Source of the DNA: Tubulanus polymorphus
Taxonomy: Eukaryota; Animalia; Nemertea
Length of the DNA stretch: 64,000 nucleotides
Direction of reading: 5' to 3'
NCBI RefSeq assembly: GCF_964204645.1
Contig: NC_134028.1
Span: forward strand, 25,416,345-25,480,344
Below are positions 13,491-29,382 of this stretch, piece by piece. Numbering within the stretch: position 1 is the stretch's first letter; each line of letters opens with the position of its first letter. The notes beneath the pieces are model-generated. The model saw only the letters and a list, made by a program, of their open reading frames with translations. It was not told where the DNA came from and ran no database searches. The position numbers were made by a program, and so were the translations under genes.

Positions 13491-14301
13491 GCGAATTTAT
13501 CTGGTCAAATCAGATTTGATTTGCCTAATTATAATTTGCTAGTCACGTGTAATCTAATCAAATAAGAGGCGAATTTATCTTGTCAAATCAGATTTGATTT
13601 TCCTAATCATAATTTGCTAGTCACGTGTAATCCAATCAAATAAGATTTGCACAACAAGATGAATTTGACGTCTTGTTCCAAACAGCTGACAAGAAAATAC
13701 TGCGGGTCCCACTTTTCAAAATATTATTTCCCATGAATGGGTTTCAGGTTTCTCTTTCAGTTTTGACATTAATATCAGTTTTTCGACAAAAAAATTTGTG
13801 AGTCCACAATCTTCAAATCGTATCAAATCTTGATTTGATGATTTGACAAATCGATTTGAATTTGATGCCGTGTTAAATTCAAAAATTAGACCAAATCAAA
13901 TTTGATTATGACAAGATAAAACGATTTTACTTAAAATCAAATTTGATTTGACGTGATAAATTCGCCTAAGATTTGCACAACAGGATGAATTTGACGACTT
14001 GTTCAAAACGGCTGACAAGAAAATACTACCCCGGTTATTGAAATATTATTTCCTATGAATGAGTTTCAGTTTTTCTATAAGTTGTGACCAGTTATTATCA
14101 GTTTTTCGAAAATATTTGTCCACCATCTTCATTCAAAGCGTATGAAATCACCTCCGATTTGTGATTTGATGAATCGATTTGAATTTGATAGGCCTACCGT
14201 GTTAAATTCAAAGATTAGACCAAATCAAATTTGATTTTGCCAGGATGAATTATACGATTTTACTTAAAATCAAATTTAATTTGACGTGATAGATTTGCCT
14301 T
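13491..14301. mobile_element. MITE (TIR AGGCGAATTTATC, ~13567-13967) with tandem duplication of both ends
   Basis: A ~77-bp unit occurs at 13491 and 13569. A ~325-bp unit occurs at ~13643-13967 and ~13968-14301. Internal AATCAAATTTGATT palindromes. Confidence 0.7.
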
Positions 14302-14367
14302 ATGGTAAATATCTTTAAGGAAACATATATTGAGGTGGCGCTAGCGTGAACGGATCGAAAAAATCTT

Positions 14368-14449
14368 CAACTAGCAATTGTGGCATTTGACAACTAGCAA
14401 TTGGCAACAAGCCCAACTAGCAAATGGTAACTAGCAACTGGCAACTGGC
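14368..14449. repeat. Degenerate CAACTAGCAA(TTGG) tandem array
   Basis: AACTAGCAA recurs four times, followed by caactggcaactggca. Confidence 0.8.
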
Positions 14450-15643
14450 ATGCCGTCTTCCATAGTAGAATTGTCCATTGCACCTACTTGTCAGTCATGC
14501 TCCGTGTCACATGGAAGCGAATGCGTTCACGGCTTTAAACTGATTAAAATCTTTATTTGCCGAAAAAATGTCTAGCTTGTGAGAATTACAAGTGGAAGGA
14601 AAAGCCTACTTCATTCGTTTTGAGAGTGTACTAACTGCCAGCGTTTACCTATCCTGTCCGAAAATCATCTGGAACTGATCGTGTCTTGCCGCGTATTGGA
14701 AAATTGATTTAACTTTTATCATAAATTGTTAACAGTGGATAGAAATCTATTCTCACAAAACAACACAACATTGACTCAGATTTTGCGGAAGTGTGGAGAA
14801 ATATACTATAGTAAAATATCTGAACCGGTTAGAAATATCGACTAGTTCCATACAGGGAAAACAACACGGGGCACACAAATTCTATCAGGCCAGTCCAGGT
14901 TCAAGGGTGAAGATTTTTTCAACAGGCTGCTGCGTGACGGCTTCAGTGGGCGCTTGCTTTTCGATCTGTGTGATTTATGAATTTCTATACTTTTTCCACT
15001 CAATGCCCTTAATAGATCAGTTTGGCATCATAAACTATATATAGATACAAATATTGAATAATAGTGTATACGAAATACTGAATTGGATACTTTAAAGACA
15101 AGTCAGTTTCCTCAGCGTGCCACCATGAGAATATTAAAAAAACTTGAAAGAATATATAACGTTATTTTACTTTATTGATGTCAAAAACGTAACAGGTTTT
15201 TACCAACAAATATTTGCACCTCATACATAAGATCTAAGTGCCTTAAACAGTTTAGTAATTATATATAAGTTATACAGAAAAATATGAAAAAGTAGTGCAA
15301 CTAATGCGGAGCCAGCAATTCAATGAAACCGATCAGTAATCAAATCCTTAATCGTTCAGTTTCAGCCAAAAAACTAAAGCAGTAGACTGTGCTTGCCTCA
15401 GACATTGTAGTGCTAATATCTTCTCTCCGAGATACGTGAATTGCGGGGCAGTCGGTCATCATCACATGATTCCGATTAAGAAAATGATTTTAAAGATATT
15501 GTCTGGGTGAGGCTCGTGATATCGGAGGCGCGGTAAGCTGTAGTCTACTGTAGTTTTAATCACACAATCACTATACGTAGAGGTTATTTCTATTTACAAT
15601 ATCTTATTTACAGATTTTTCGCATATTTTTGACAGATTCTGAA

Positions 15644-18600
15644 CTATGACGATTTCTCAGGCATAACAGCCGCGATCAGTTGAGATTTCGAACACTGCCA
15701 CATGGCGTCCATCACTTTCCAAAGTCCGGTATCTTTCGGCTTCTCGAGTCCGCGCATCAAACGATGTTTCATCACAGCGACGAACTCTTTATTACTCAGC
15801 TGACCATCGTCTGAAAATTAATTAGAAAAATCTCTATATCATTACATCAGGATGACAACTTTCCGCCCATTTATAGATAGTCTGAGTTCCCACTGATATT
15901 TCCACGTGATAACACAAAATTCCCCTCGAGTAAATCAAAGATATTTCTAGGTCTAAATTCATTCACTTTTCAGTGAAACACGTATTGACGAAAAAGCACA
16001 CAGTCAATAGCATTATCTGAATTCAATGAATTATCTGAATTCCAGGGGCCGGTTGCATAGTCATGGCTTAGACTTAAGACCAGTCTAAGACCAACTTACT
16101 TCTATAGCCAATCTAACAACCTAAGACCAGTCTTAAGATTTGAGACCACTGGACTTAAGTCACGACTGTGCAACTGGGCCCAGGTCTTTTGCAAAATTTC
16201 TCAAATTCCCCGAGTTTTTCCCTGATTATTTTCTGATTGCCAGGTCAGCGGTGCCGATTCAAGAACGCTGCTTACTGTTCTCGTCGAATAACGTGAAAAC
16301 GACGTCGATTATGTGATCGTTCAGTTCAATCCCGGCTACAGTCTTCGCTACGTGTTTTAGCGTTACTGAAATAATACAAGAAATGTATAAGAGAGGTTGC
16401 CGTGTTCTAACCAGGAATACTTTGAAAATTGAAGTTGTATTCAAGCTAAAAATGCTTGCGAGTTTTTAAGGGGGGGGGCTGTATCCTTTAAAGTGCACTT
16501 ATTCCAGGTCCCTACAGATCATTCATTCCTGGATATAAGGATTTTCTACGGAGAAAATTTCGAGGAAGCGTCCGTATCACTTTCATATCCTAATTACTGT
16601 AGACTCCTCATTAATCGGTGCTGTTTATCTCAGCAAACCATTAATTCAGTGGTTTTGTATGCGAATTTCTATTCTTTACACAACTAAACTTAATTTGGTT
16701 ACCGCCTAATTGGGTAAAAAAACTGTACCGATTAAGGCATAGTTTACTGTATAACTAAAAACTAGACAAAAATGTCCCTATTTCTCAAAATTGAAGGAGT
16801 CTTAAAGGAGTTTCAGGCATTTTGCTCAAATTAAAGGAGTTTTAAGCATCTTTTATAGCATTTTCCCTTCAGAAAGAGTTTTAAGGAGTCGTAGGGTCTC
16901 TAAACTGTGAATAGGTGAGAGAGTTCATGTTCATTATAAGCTGATGAGAATACATACCTTGATCAATAGAAGCACCAGCTACGTGATAAAACGTCAGCGC
17001 TGTGTCGACATCGTTTATATGCTTCAAAAACGTGTAGAAATTCAAGTATTGATCGAATGAAATTCCCTGAAAAAATGCGAATGATAAAATATTTACTTTT
17101 CTAGCCAGGAAAACTTTAAGAAGAAAAGACATTTTCAAAGCACGTGTCAATCAATCGGCAGCCAACACTCCTCAGTTATGATTATTTCATGACTAACTTC
17201 ATAACGTACTTGCGGATTTTCTTTGTACATCTTTTTCACGCGTTTCAACATTTTCGTGCATTTCACCTCGGAGAATCCGGCGTACGTAATCAGCGAACTG
17301 GCGAAATCGCTTTCCGTTATCATACCGTTTTCATCGGGACACGCTCGGTCGAACTAAACAGCAAAACTGAATGCTTTAATACCTCGCATTTTCATAAAAA
17401 CACGCTTCATATTTTCATTCCATAATTTGGAAACTTTTGGGGAGAAAATATCAAAATTTAGAGGCACACAATAAAGAGAATGTTACAGGTACTAAACGTC
17501 AAGAGAGGAGAAAGGAAAGTAAGTGAATACATTTTGTCTTTTTTGTTTCAAATCCGTAAAAACATGCCTTAAATGTGCCAGCAGTACTTATATGGTATGT
17601 AATCATTCTCATCTAATAACGACTTATTAGATATGAAAGAAATGAGAGAGAAGGAGAGGAGCAAGAGAGGCGAAGGTCACAGAAACAGAAATAATAAAGA
17701 AACACAATAAGGAGTAGCATTATATAACCGGGTTTATACAGTCTTATCAGGTATCAACGTATCAGTTTCTGATGAGGCGACTGCTACTGAATAAACTTCT
17801 GACATTTGTCTGAGACATTTCAACTGACCTCGAGTTTCAGCACGTCTTTCTTCAGTTGATTTTGGAACTCGAGGAACTTTTCGATCGTAAGTTTTTGGTC
17901 GAGGTCTTTACCGAAGAAGAAAGCGGTGAGCGCCGAGTTGAACGGTTTGATCGTATTACCGGTGACCGCGTGGTCTCGATGTCGCATCCCGATACTAGTC
18001 TGAGATCGGATGATCGTCTGGACCTGAAACAATACGCACTGTTTTAATGATTCATTCCGCAATCATAACAAAACAGGATATAAAGTCCAAAAAAATCTTT
18101 CCTTGAATTATCCGAGTTGACTTATCTAATTGACGCAGGGAAATCCTCGGAAACATATTTCTGTTTCCTGTTCCTGAGTTAACCTGCGTTGGGCTTAACT
18201 CAAAGAGTCAACTTTGCCAAGTTCTGTGGAACTGTCTGGCAAAGGCTAAAAAGTTCATCTAAAAATACTAGAAATATTTCAGGTGGTTCCCACGACCCTT
18301 CTTTAGTCCAAAAGGTTTTTACGAGTTTTTCATACGGTCATTTTTCAATTTTGCCAAAAAAAAATGAACAGGGGTCACCATACTACCAAGAATTTGACAT
18401 TTTCAACGTGTTTAGAGGGAAATCTATGAAATACCCAAAAATTTCCAAAGCGGCAAAATCCCACATTTTTCCCCGATTTTCCGGATGCTGTGTGAAGCAT
18501 GATCGTCTGAAAAGGTAAACGGATTAATCTAAAATTTAAAATCCGACCTTTGAAAATTCCTCGTAGTCGACATCTCCGTCACCGTTAAAATCGAACATCC

Positions 18601-20682
18601 GGAAAGCGAGTTCGAACATCCTTTGAGGAGCTGAAAAAAAAAACGATGAATCTTTTCAATCACGAAATCTTTTTAAAGATTATCAAGTGAAAATCACCGA
18701 GATATTTAAGAAATATGTAAGTAAGGCTTACTTGATAGAATAGTCAACAAGAAAATGTAATCTGAAAATGATATGAGGCCGTGTTGGCCTAACTTTGAGA
18801 ATATGCTATTTTCACCGAGGCTGCATTCAACGTGATCCTTCTACAAAAATTAATCGAAAACAACAATAAAGAAATTCGATAATTTCATTTCTTCTTTCAA
18901 AAAGTTTTTAAAGCGATCAATTTGAACTAATGCCGAACTCGGGCTAAGATCCTGGCTTAAATTTGAAGTCAACAATACTAAAAAGTCCCAAATAAGATAA
19001 TCAATGATTTATATATGAATCTTTTTACCTTAGCATCAAATTTTTTGAACTGATCGAGTCCTAAACCTGAAATAAAAACATCGATTACCAATCAAGAGAA
19101 ACCAAAGATAAAGGACACTTTTTTAAAGGTACGTTTCAGTAAATTTACACAGCAGTGCGATGTATAAATCTGTGATTGAATTCGCTATTCCCTGACATGC
19201 ACGTTGTTTTCCCTAACAGCCCTAGCTAAGAATCCAATTAAATAACACACTCAATTACGTAAGACATAGAGGGAAACTGGTTTGATTTTACACGCGATCT
19301 CAACAAATTTCCCTAATTTCTAACTATATTACAAAATTCACTGACTTTTCCTTCATTTCCAGTTAAGTGGCCCAGCCACTATTGAGGGCCACATGAAGCA
19401 GCCTGGACCTGGCAGGACGGACCGATAATTTTACCTTCTGGTTGTTTAATTCCGGGTGTAATCGATCGAACGAAGTCGTCGGGAGTCATGAACACCTCCC
19501 ATTCGCCGGTGTCGTGATTCTTAACCGATAAAATCGCGAAATAACGAAATATCTTATCGGGAGTAGAGTACGCTCGAATTCGATTCTCGTAGCCGATTAT
19601 CTGTAATAAAAATACTAAAACGTATTACGGCTGCTACGGTATCAGATTGTTGAGGCCAGAGAACTTTTCAAAATTGATTTATAGATAGCGGAGATGCGCA
19701 GTGGCCGAGTGGTTTAAGCCGCCGGTCACTGGTCTCGTCAATCCAGGGTTCAAACCCTGGTGGCGACAGAGTTTCTTGGTCGAAGGTTCTTCTCTGGTCT
19801 CTCCCCATTGGGAAAAAGAAACACTGAACCCGCTTATAATGCCCTGCATGGCGCTTAGCGGGTTGAGGGTGTTAACAAAAAAAAAATCTATAGATAGCAT
19901 TTTCAGATTCTTCATACACAAACCTTTCTATCACGGAATCCGACTCGTTTTTTCTTCTTGCGTTCGTCGACCGTTTCCTCCTCGCTGCGATCTTCACCTT
20001 CGACGGCAGCGTCTGCCGACGTAGGTGGCGCCGCCGCTCTCACTTCAGGGAATATTTTCCTGATCAACGACGGTCTGAAACGAAATCATAAACAGTCACA
20101 TCGCAAGCGAGACTAAAGGAGAAGAACGTCTAATCCGTCTAATCCATCTTAGAATTTAAGGGTTTTCAATTTGGTTCGCTATTCAACGCAGGGGTTAATT
20201 ACATAAAGCTGCTGGGTTCCAAAATCAAAGAATTACAGTATCCTGGGTACCATCTAACAACGGCTAGATCATAGACTATAGCCTGCTGGGACTTGAATCG
20301 TGAGATCAATGATGGTTCATTCAGACTGCAAAACTCCACTGGTTGTAATTAGACAAATAAGTAAAATAACAGACAATAATTAGAAGAGAGGAGCTACTTA
20401 CATGTCACCACAGAGACACAGGACGAACATTGAACCGAGGAAAAACGCGTAAATATACGACCATTTAGAAGCGATTCGTTTTTTCGGATGAGCGAATCCC
20501 GAATAGCCGTTTTTCATGCGGAATTTCTTGAGGATCGGAGACGAAGTCGAGAAATCTCGACACTTTACGAATATCAACGGAGCGATAAGTTGTGAATTCG
20601 GGTTGAGAGTCTGTCGACGTTTAATCTCCGTTAGTAACGGTCTCAACAGGCGTCTGTTGTGCTGTACGATTGACCTCAACAT
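15644..20682 (-). CDS. MICU1: Mitochondrial calcium uptake protein 1 (EF-hand gatekeeper of the uniporter), 11 coding exons
   Basis: Phase-consistent GT-AG exons: 20682-20402, 20074-19924, 19600-19435, 19066-19029, 18840-18732, 18630-18548, 18023-17829, 17353-17210, 17066-16958, 16365-16276, 15810-15644. Motifs: [30 protein letters not shown]-hand [21 protein letters not shown]-hand [23 protein letters not shown]. Arg-rich presequence-like N-terminus. Start codon is my best choice. Confidence 0.95.
19690..19886 (+). mobile_element. Full-length tRNA-derived SINE in a MICU1 intron (antisense)
   Basis: A box TGGCCGAGTGG, B box GGTTCAAACCC, A10 tail. Flanked by the 10-bp duplication TATAGATAGC (19680-19689 and 19889-19898). 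Confidence 0.8.
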
Positions 20683-21761
20683 CGTCACAGCCTCTCTCTC
20701 TGACTCTCTGGAAATAGAGAAATAGATGAGTTCCCTGATGAAGCAAAAGAGGGCCTTACTGTACGTAACTTTCGCAAGACCCTTGGCCTCAAAACGTTGA
20801 GTACCCATCTATTCAATCAAACTGAAAGGAAATTTTGGCTTCTAAAAGGGAAAAGGGCATAGATTTTTTTTTTAAATATCTAATATTTTTCGGTGTGTAT
20901 GACTATCATAATTCTTCATGCATGAGGTTGATCAGATTCAGAGAGGATCAAGAAGTGACAAGTTTGGTTCCACTTTTTGACTCGATTTTAAGCGGTTAAA
21001 ATGAACAACTTGCAGTTTGCGAAATTTGGCCATTGAAGCCATCAAAACATTACATTAATTTCAACCCGTAAACGTGGTTAAATCGTCAGTAATTGATTAG
21101 AAATTCACCAAATAGTAGATTAGCTTTGACTTCTCTGGTAAACAATTCTGTTACTTCCGGGTTAGTGTCACGGTCTGTCAACTCGGTGTGGTGGCAGCAC
21201 CTTACGGTAAATACCACATATCTGTCGTATATCCTATGTATAAATGTTATATACGGCGCAATAAATATAAGTTCAAGTTCAGTTCAGTTTTTTGTCGTGT
21301 AGGCTTTCGATCTACGAACCTCAGTTCCATCCAGTGGTGTCACTTGCTCCTCATAAAACCGGTTTAAGTTGACCATTAGAAAGAAAGCTCATTTTAAGTG
21401 GCGCTTCGCTTTATATCCCAATATGGTAATTCTGTCATCACCACTTCACAATAAGCCATGAATCCTTTAAGGTTTTACCGAACCTCAAAATTCAACTCTC
21501 CCTAACTATCTAGCTCCCGATGTGCCAAATCAAGTGATCTGATGCTTCCTATTTCATCCTCTCGGAGAGTATCAAGTAAATCAAATATAAGACATCTTTG
21601 CAAAACGAATACAAGCACTGTTATTTATTGAGTAGAAATGCCATACTTTTTACAGATCATAATTAATTCTTAATAATATTTATAAATGATTACTAATTTT
21701 TAAAAGAGTTCATAAGCTCTTGGTTCAAAATTCTAAATCGGGCTTTTTCTCGAGTCTGAGT

Positions 21762-24634
<2,873 letters not shown>

Positions 24635-24797
24635 GTTGATTAGTTCGGTTGTTTCACTCGAATTCGCGAATAAAAGACGGTTTATTGTCGACGAGATGTA
24701 AACTAGTTGTCAGATCGCGACCAGAACGACGAAGAAATCGGATGATGATGGATATCTTGGACGGCGAAATGATAAAAATCTTCCGTCTTTCTTCCAC

Positions 24798-24846
24798 TGG
24801 CGCAATGTCCCGCTAACTCCCGCCAATGGCTTGTAATGGCGCGAAT
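24798..24846 (-). promoter_or_regulatory. Cluster of E2F-like sites and a CCAAT box upstream of PCNA
   Basis: TGGCGC (24798), TCCCGC (24808), TCCCGCCAAT (24818) and TGGCGCGAA (24837), about 160-210 bp upstream of the PCNA ATG. PCNA is a known E2F target. Motif match only. Confidence 0.45.
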
Positions 24847-27800
24847 GTTATTATGAGGCGCCGTGAAACACAGTTCGAATCCCACATTTTCATGATTTTT
24901 GCGTCGCATTCAATGCGGGTTCGAATCCCAGCATGATCACGCGAACATTTCATTACTCTAATTTAAATTTCTGTAGCCTGGAAAACAAGTTAGATTTGTA
25001 TAAGTGTGTAGCCCTAGTGTTTTTTTGGGCAAATAGAATTATTATATTCTGTGTGAATTCATTGGTTTGAATCTCAAAGTATTGGTTATTAGCAGCTAAT
25101 AATTAAATTAGAGGGTAGGGTACCGTGTTTCTACAGAAAATAAACAAACCCTCAGATTCATGTCTCTGTACTTGTCGTAGTCTTGACGTATATAAATTCA
25201 AGAAAGAACACCAGAATAGTTGTATAAAAGCCTCCTCCTTCATAAAGAATAAAACGAGAAAATTTGATATTTTTTGTATTCGACAATAAATTAATATTCT
25301 ATTTATTAACATGATAGATTTGTCTTTAAAACAAAAACAGTGCTAATTCAAGACTTTGGCCCATCAAAAATCCCACACATGGGATGAGACCACGTTATTT
25401 TACATGTAAAATTTAAGTTGCAAGAGAATAGATTTATCGAAGCATTCATATGATAAATATCATCCGGACTCTCAGGCATTTCAATAATAACGATAAATTT
25501 ACGTGCAACAAACACATTGTCAAATACATAGCGACGAAATTCGAAATAAAATGCATATCAAGAAGTGGTTTTTAGATGCGGACCATACATAATTAGAAAG
25601 GCAGCACCAATTAAAACATAATTTCAAAGCGATTAAGAAATGTTTTATAACCCAGAACAGTTGTAGTCCCTTATTCATATTGATGAACGTAAACAGGTTC
25701 GAGTCAGATGTAAGTCGAAAGAGTGCATTATATAATGTCACCTGAACTCGCCCATACCACGCCATGAAAGGAGCACCTGCTTAATCCGCATTATCTGGGA
25801 TTAATGGAACTAATCCGATTATAAGAATTCAGGAACGAACACCATGATACTTTACACACATTTAAAATGGCATAGGCTCAGCTCCAATTAGATCCGTTCA
25901 ATTCTAATAATCGTTGAAACATTTTTCTGACAAATTCGGAAAAATCATTCATCACCACAGTGTACTGTATATATGGTCTGTTAATCAGGGGCTGGTCCAA
26001 GCTAGAAGAAAGGAGGTTCACCTCATATGAATAGGGCACTGTATAGTAATGGCAGGTGTCCCAGCAGACGCAAAGTGCTTGCAGGGGGTGTGGGGTACCC
26101 TCCAGAAAAATTTTGAAAATTTAGCTACATCTTTATGCAATTTTAGTGCATATCATTATTTAGTGCTTATTTTCAAAAGGGTTTGGTCAGAAAAAGGGTG
26201 GGGGGATTCAAACCTGCTGAACCCCCCTCTAGATCGGCCACTGTTAATGATAACCAGATAAGATCATTACACGGTTTCAATTGATCTGGATTAAAGCGAG
26301 GATTAATGTAATTTCGACTTGTATCTGACCAGGGCTGGTAAAAATCATCAGTCATCTGTTCTAATACATTTCGTACATGTATCACATAATTCGATAATAG
26401 AAAGAAGTATAAAGATAAACAAAGTAAAAAATAATTGATCATTAACCACAACGATAACGACTACGAAATGACGATGTTGTTTCTACAGCCGTTCGATGCC
26501 GTTCTACGTCGTATTTGAAAAGATTCGATGTTTTAAAATAAAGTTTGATTATCGTTTCATTCAATGAGGATTGAACAGTTGACAGGAGCAATCAAGGACT
26601 CCGCTGTGGCAAGCGAGGATCCACCAGGCTGCCGGATTTTAACTCAGTCTCCCAAGATTGGTCTTATCTGTTTAGCGACATGACTTGCCTAATTTTTTTA
26701 ATGTCGGAGGCTAAGAATCTACACCAAATTTATTTGAAAATGAATTAAATAGTTGTCATAATGATAAGCACATCATCCAGTGGGATAGTTGGAGCAGCAC
26801 AGTCTCTGCAGTCAGAATGTGACAATGGGACATTTGGAGCAAAAATCCATGAATTTTCAATGACTTTTTGAACCTAATTTTAGGCTACCAAATCTGAAAA
26901 TTATCAAAAAAGTCATTGAATTGCTTTAAGATTGACTTTCTCACTCAGTGCATGTGGTATAGATTTCACTGAAAATTGATTTACTAACAAGAAAAGTTGA
27001 CACGAATTTTAGTGAAATGTAGAAGAAATTGAAGCGCAGTAACCGAGTGCCACTAGCGACACCTGGTGGAATCCTCGCTTGCCCCATTGCTCTCAAAAAT
27101 CCTTAAAAAACATAACTGCATTTTTTTTCAATGATAAAACCTGATAAGATGCGTTGATAATGTTTGTTAACTTACATCAATAATAAGAATAAATTAAGCT
27201 ATGATAAATTCAATAAAACATAATCATTAAACTGTCATTCTATCTAAAACTGAATACACAAATCTATAATACACAAATTTACAATACTCGGTACATAAAT
27301 TTACAATGCTACGTAGAGGTAAAATGTTAAAACGCAATCGCAAATATCATGATGTCAATTATACACGATGTTTAATGACTTGTAGGCGACCTTTTTTACA
27401 AGCCAGGTAATGAGAAATATAAAATTCCCGGTAGTCAATTACGAGTATTTCTGGCCCCAAAATCAGTACATAGCCCAGCTGCGGGCTTGCTGCAAACCCA
27501 GATCACTTGATTTCCTCGAATTATCGCATGCCCCGACGAACAAAATGTTCAAAATTGTCAACGCGATCACAACCACTGAATTCACTTGCCTCGGGGAAAA
27601 ATTTGCCTCAGGATATATCGAGATGGCACATGTTATTATCTAACATTTTGAAACCAAATTCAAAGATTTAAAATTTGCAGCGACGAGACCACGATTCAAG
27701 TGCATGCAACGAGGATGGGCATTTACTTGAACCCCTGAGAACAATACTATTTTTATATCAGGTAGTTAAGTGTGTTAACCTCGCTCTACAAAATATACAG

Positions 27801-29382
27801 ACCCAAAATACTGGCCTCATTCAGGTCATATGGACCAGCCATCAGGTCCGTACGCAAAATTTGGCTGACTTAGCTTGAGAGGCAAATTGTTGACGCCTTC
27901 CCGCATGTTCACAATTTTTAGCATTACCTACATACGAGAGAGGAGAGGCCAATCCTTGATTCCCATGGATGCGTACGTACTTAATGAATGACCCCTTTTG
28001 GCAATAATTTTGTACTGTTAAGTATCAACATTTAACAAATATCTATGATTTTCCGTAGTTAAAATCTAAAACAATCAATTACTAAAGCAGCTACATAGCA
28101 TTTTTGTTGAAAGTTAACACAAACATATACATATATACCAATATATATTATGCCATATACGAGATATCGAAATAGATTTAAGGCAAAATTACGAAGAAAC
28201 TACGAAGAATTATTGATAATGAAATAACCAGACAACCAAAAGATTTCATAGATTCAATCATCAGTATCAGTTAGTACCAGTTTATCACAATATTCAGATT
28301 TTGATTTGGACGACGACGACGACAATGACGAACAATTGTTCGGTAATAATATGGCGGTGACACGACAAAAATCTACATTACGTTTACTTTCATGATTTCA
28401 TGATTATCTATCGTCTAACAGAATTAGGTAATTTCTCTAGAATGAAGCCATCGGATGTTTACTTCATTAAACTTTCATGGGAAATCACTAATACATAGAA
28501 ACAAAGTGGTTAAGGTTTGGTTTAATGTATGGTTTGTTTCTATGGGTGACTATATTCATAATTCAAGTGCAAGTGGGTCAAATAACCAATTCGTCACTTC
28601 TTCAGATAAACTCAGGTCGACTTACGACTCGACTAGATCGTCGTAAGAACAGCGGTAGTATACAACACAACACGTGACACCTGATCACTGCTTCGATCGT
28701 AAGAGCACTCAGGTCGATTACTACTCAATCATCGTTGATCAACAATCCGAACTGGTTGTAGAAAAAAGAAGTTGTTCCATCCTTGCGATTCGGCTTACAA
28801 TCAGTCTGCGATCAATCCACCGCGCGGTCGCAAGTTGTTAACTCACGTCGAAAAGGTCCCTGATTAAAAAATCGCAGACTCGTCTTGTTCCGATACGACA
28901 ATCTGATCCGGTCGATCCCTCTGAGCTTAACTTCAGATAACTGGTTCTGTGCCCTTGAAGTATCAGTGATTTCCATGAAAGTTTAATAGTTATTAATATA
29001 ATACAGTGAAGTAAACTGCCTAATTTACATATATCTGATATCCACTTCGTCGTAATGAGGTTCCGGCTTATCCTTATTCCCGAAAGTTTTCTAAGACACA
29101 TGTTCAATCGTTCAAACACCGACATCAGTTAATTTTAAAATACCTCCAACCTTACGGTACATTTATGATATAAGTATTATTTTTATAGTTGCCAATCCTT
29201 AAAACAACATCAAGAGGAAGGGGGGCCGAGACTTCCACCTATAATCGTCATGGCTATTTTGGTAATGTTTACTGCGTACAACTGGGTACATGTGTGTATT
29301 GCATTGTTATTTGTTCTACTACTGACCACAACGAACGAACGTCACAACCTACAAATATTCGAATACTCGCTCAACTCCGCCT

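Noticed and set aside
17769-17812. TGATGA...CTGA box C/D-like motif or hammerhead start
   Set aside because: Antisense to the host MICU1 intron, only ~44 nt long, with no stem II or GAAA.
19690-19770. tRNA gene
   Set aside because: No convincing cloverleaf. The body, A tail and target duplication indicate a SINE.
24872-24932. Two GTTCGAATCCC B-box motifs upstream of PCNA (a similar one on the minus strand at ~46817)
   Set aside because: No A box or cloverleaf is evident. Probably SINE debris.
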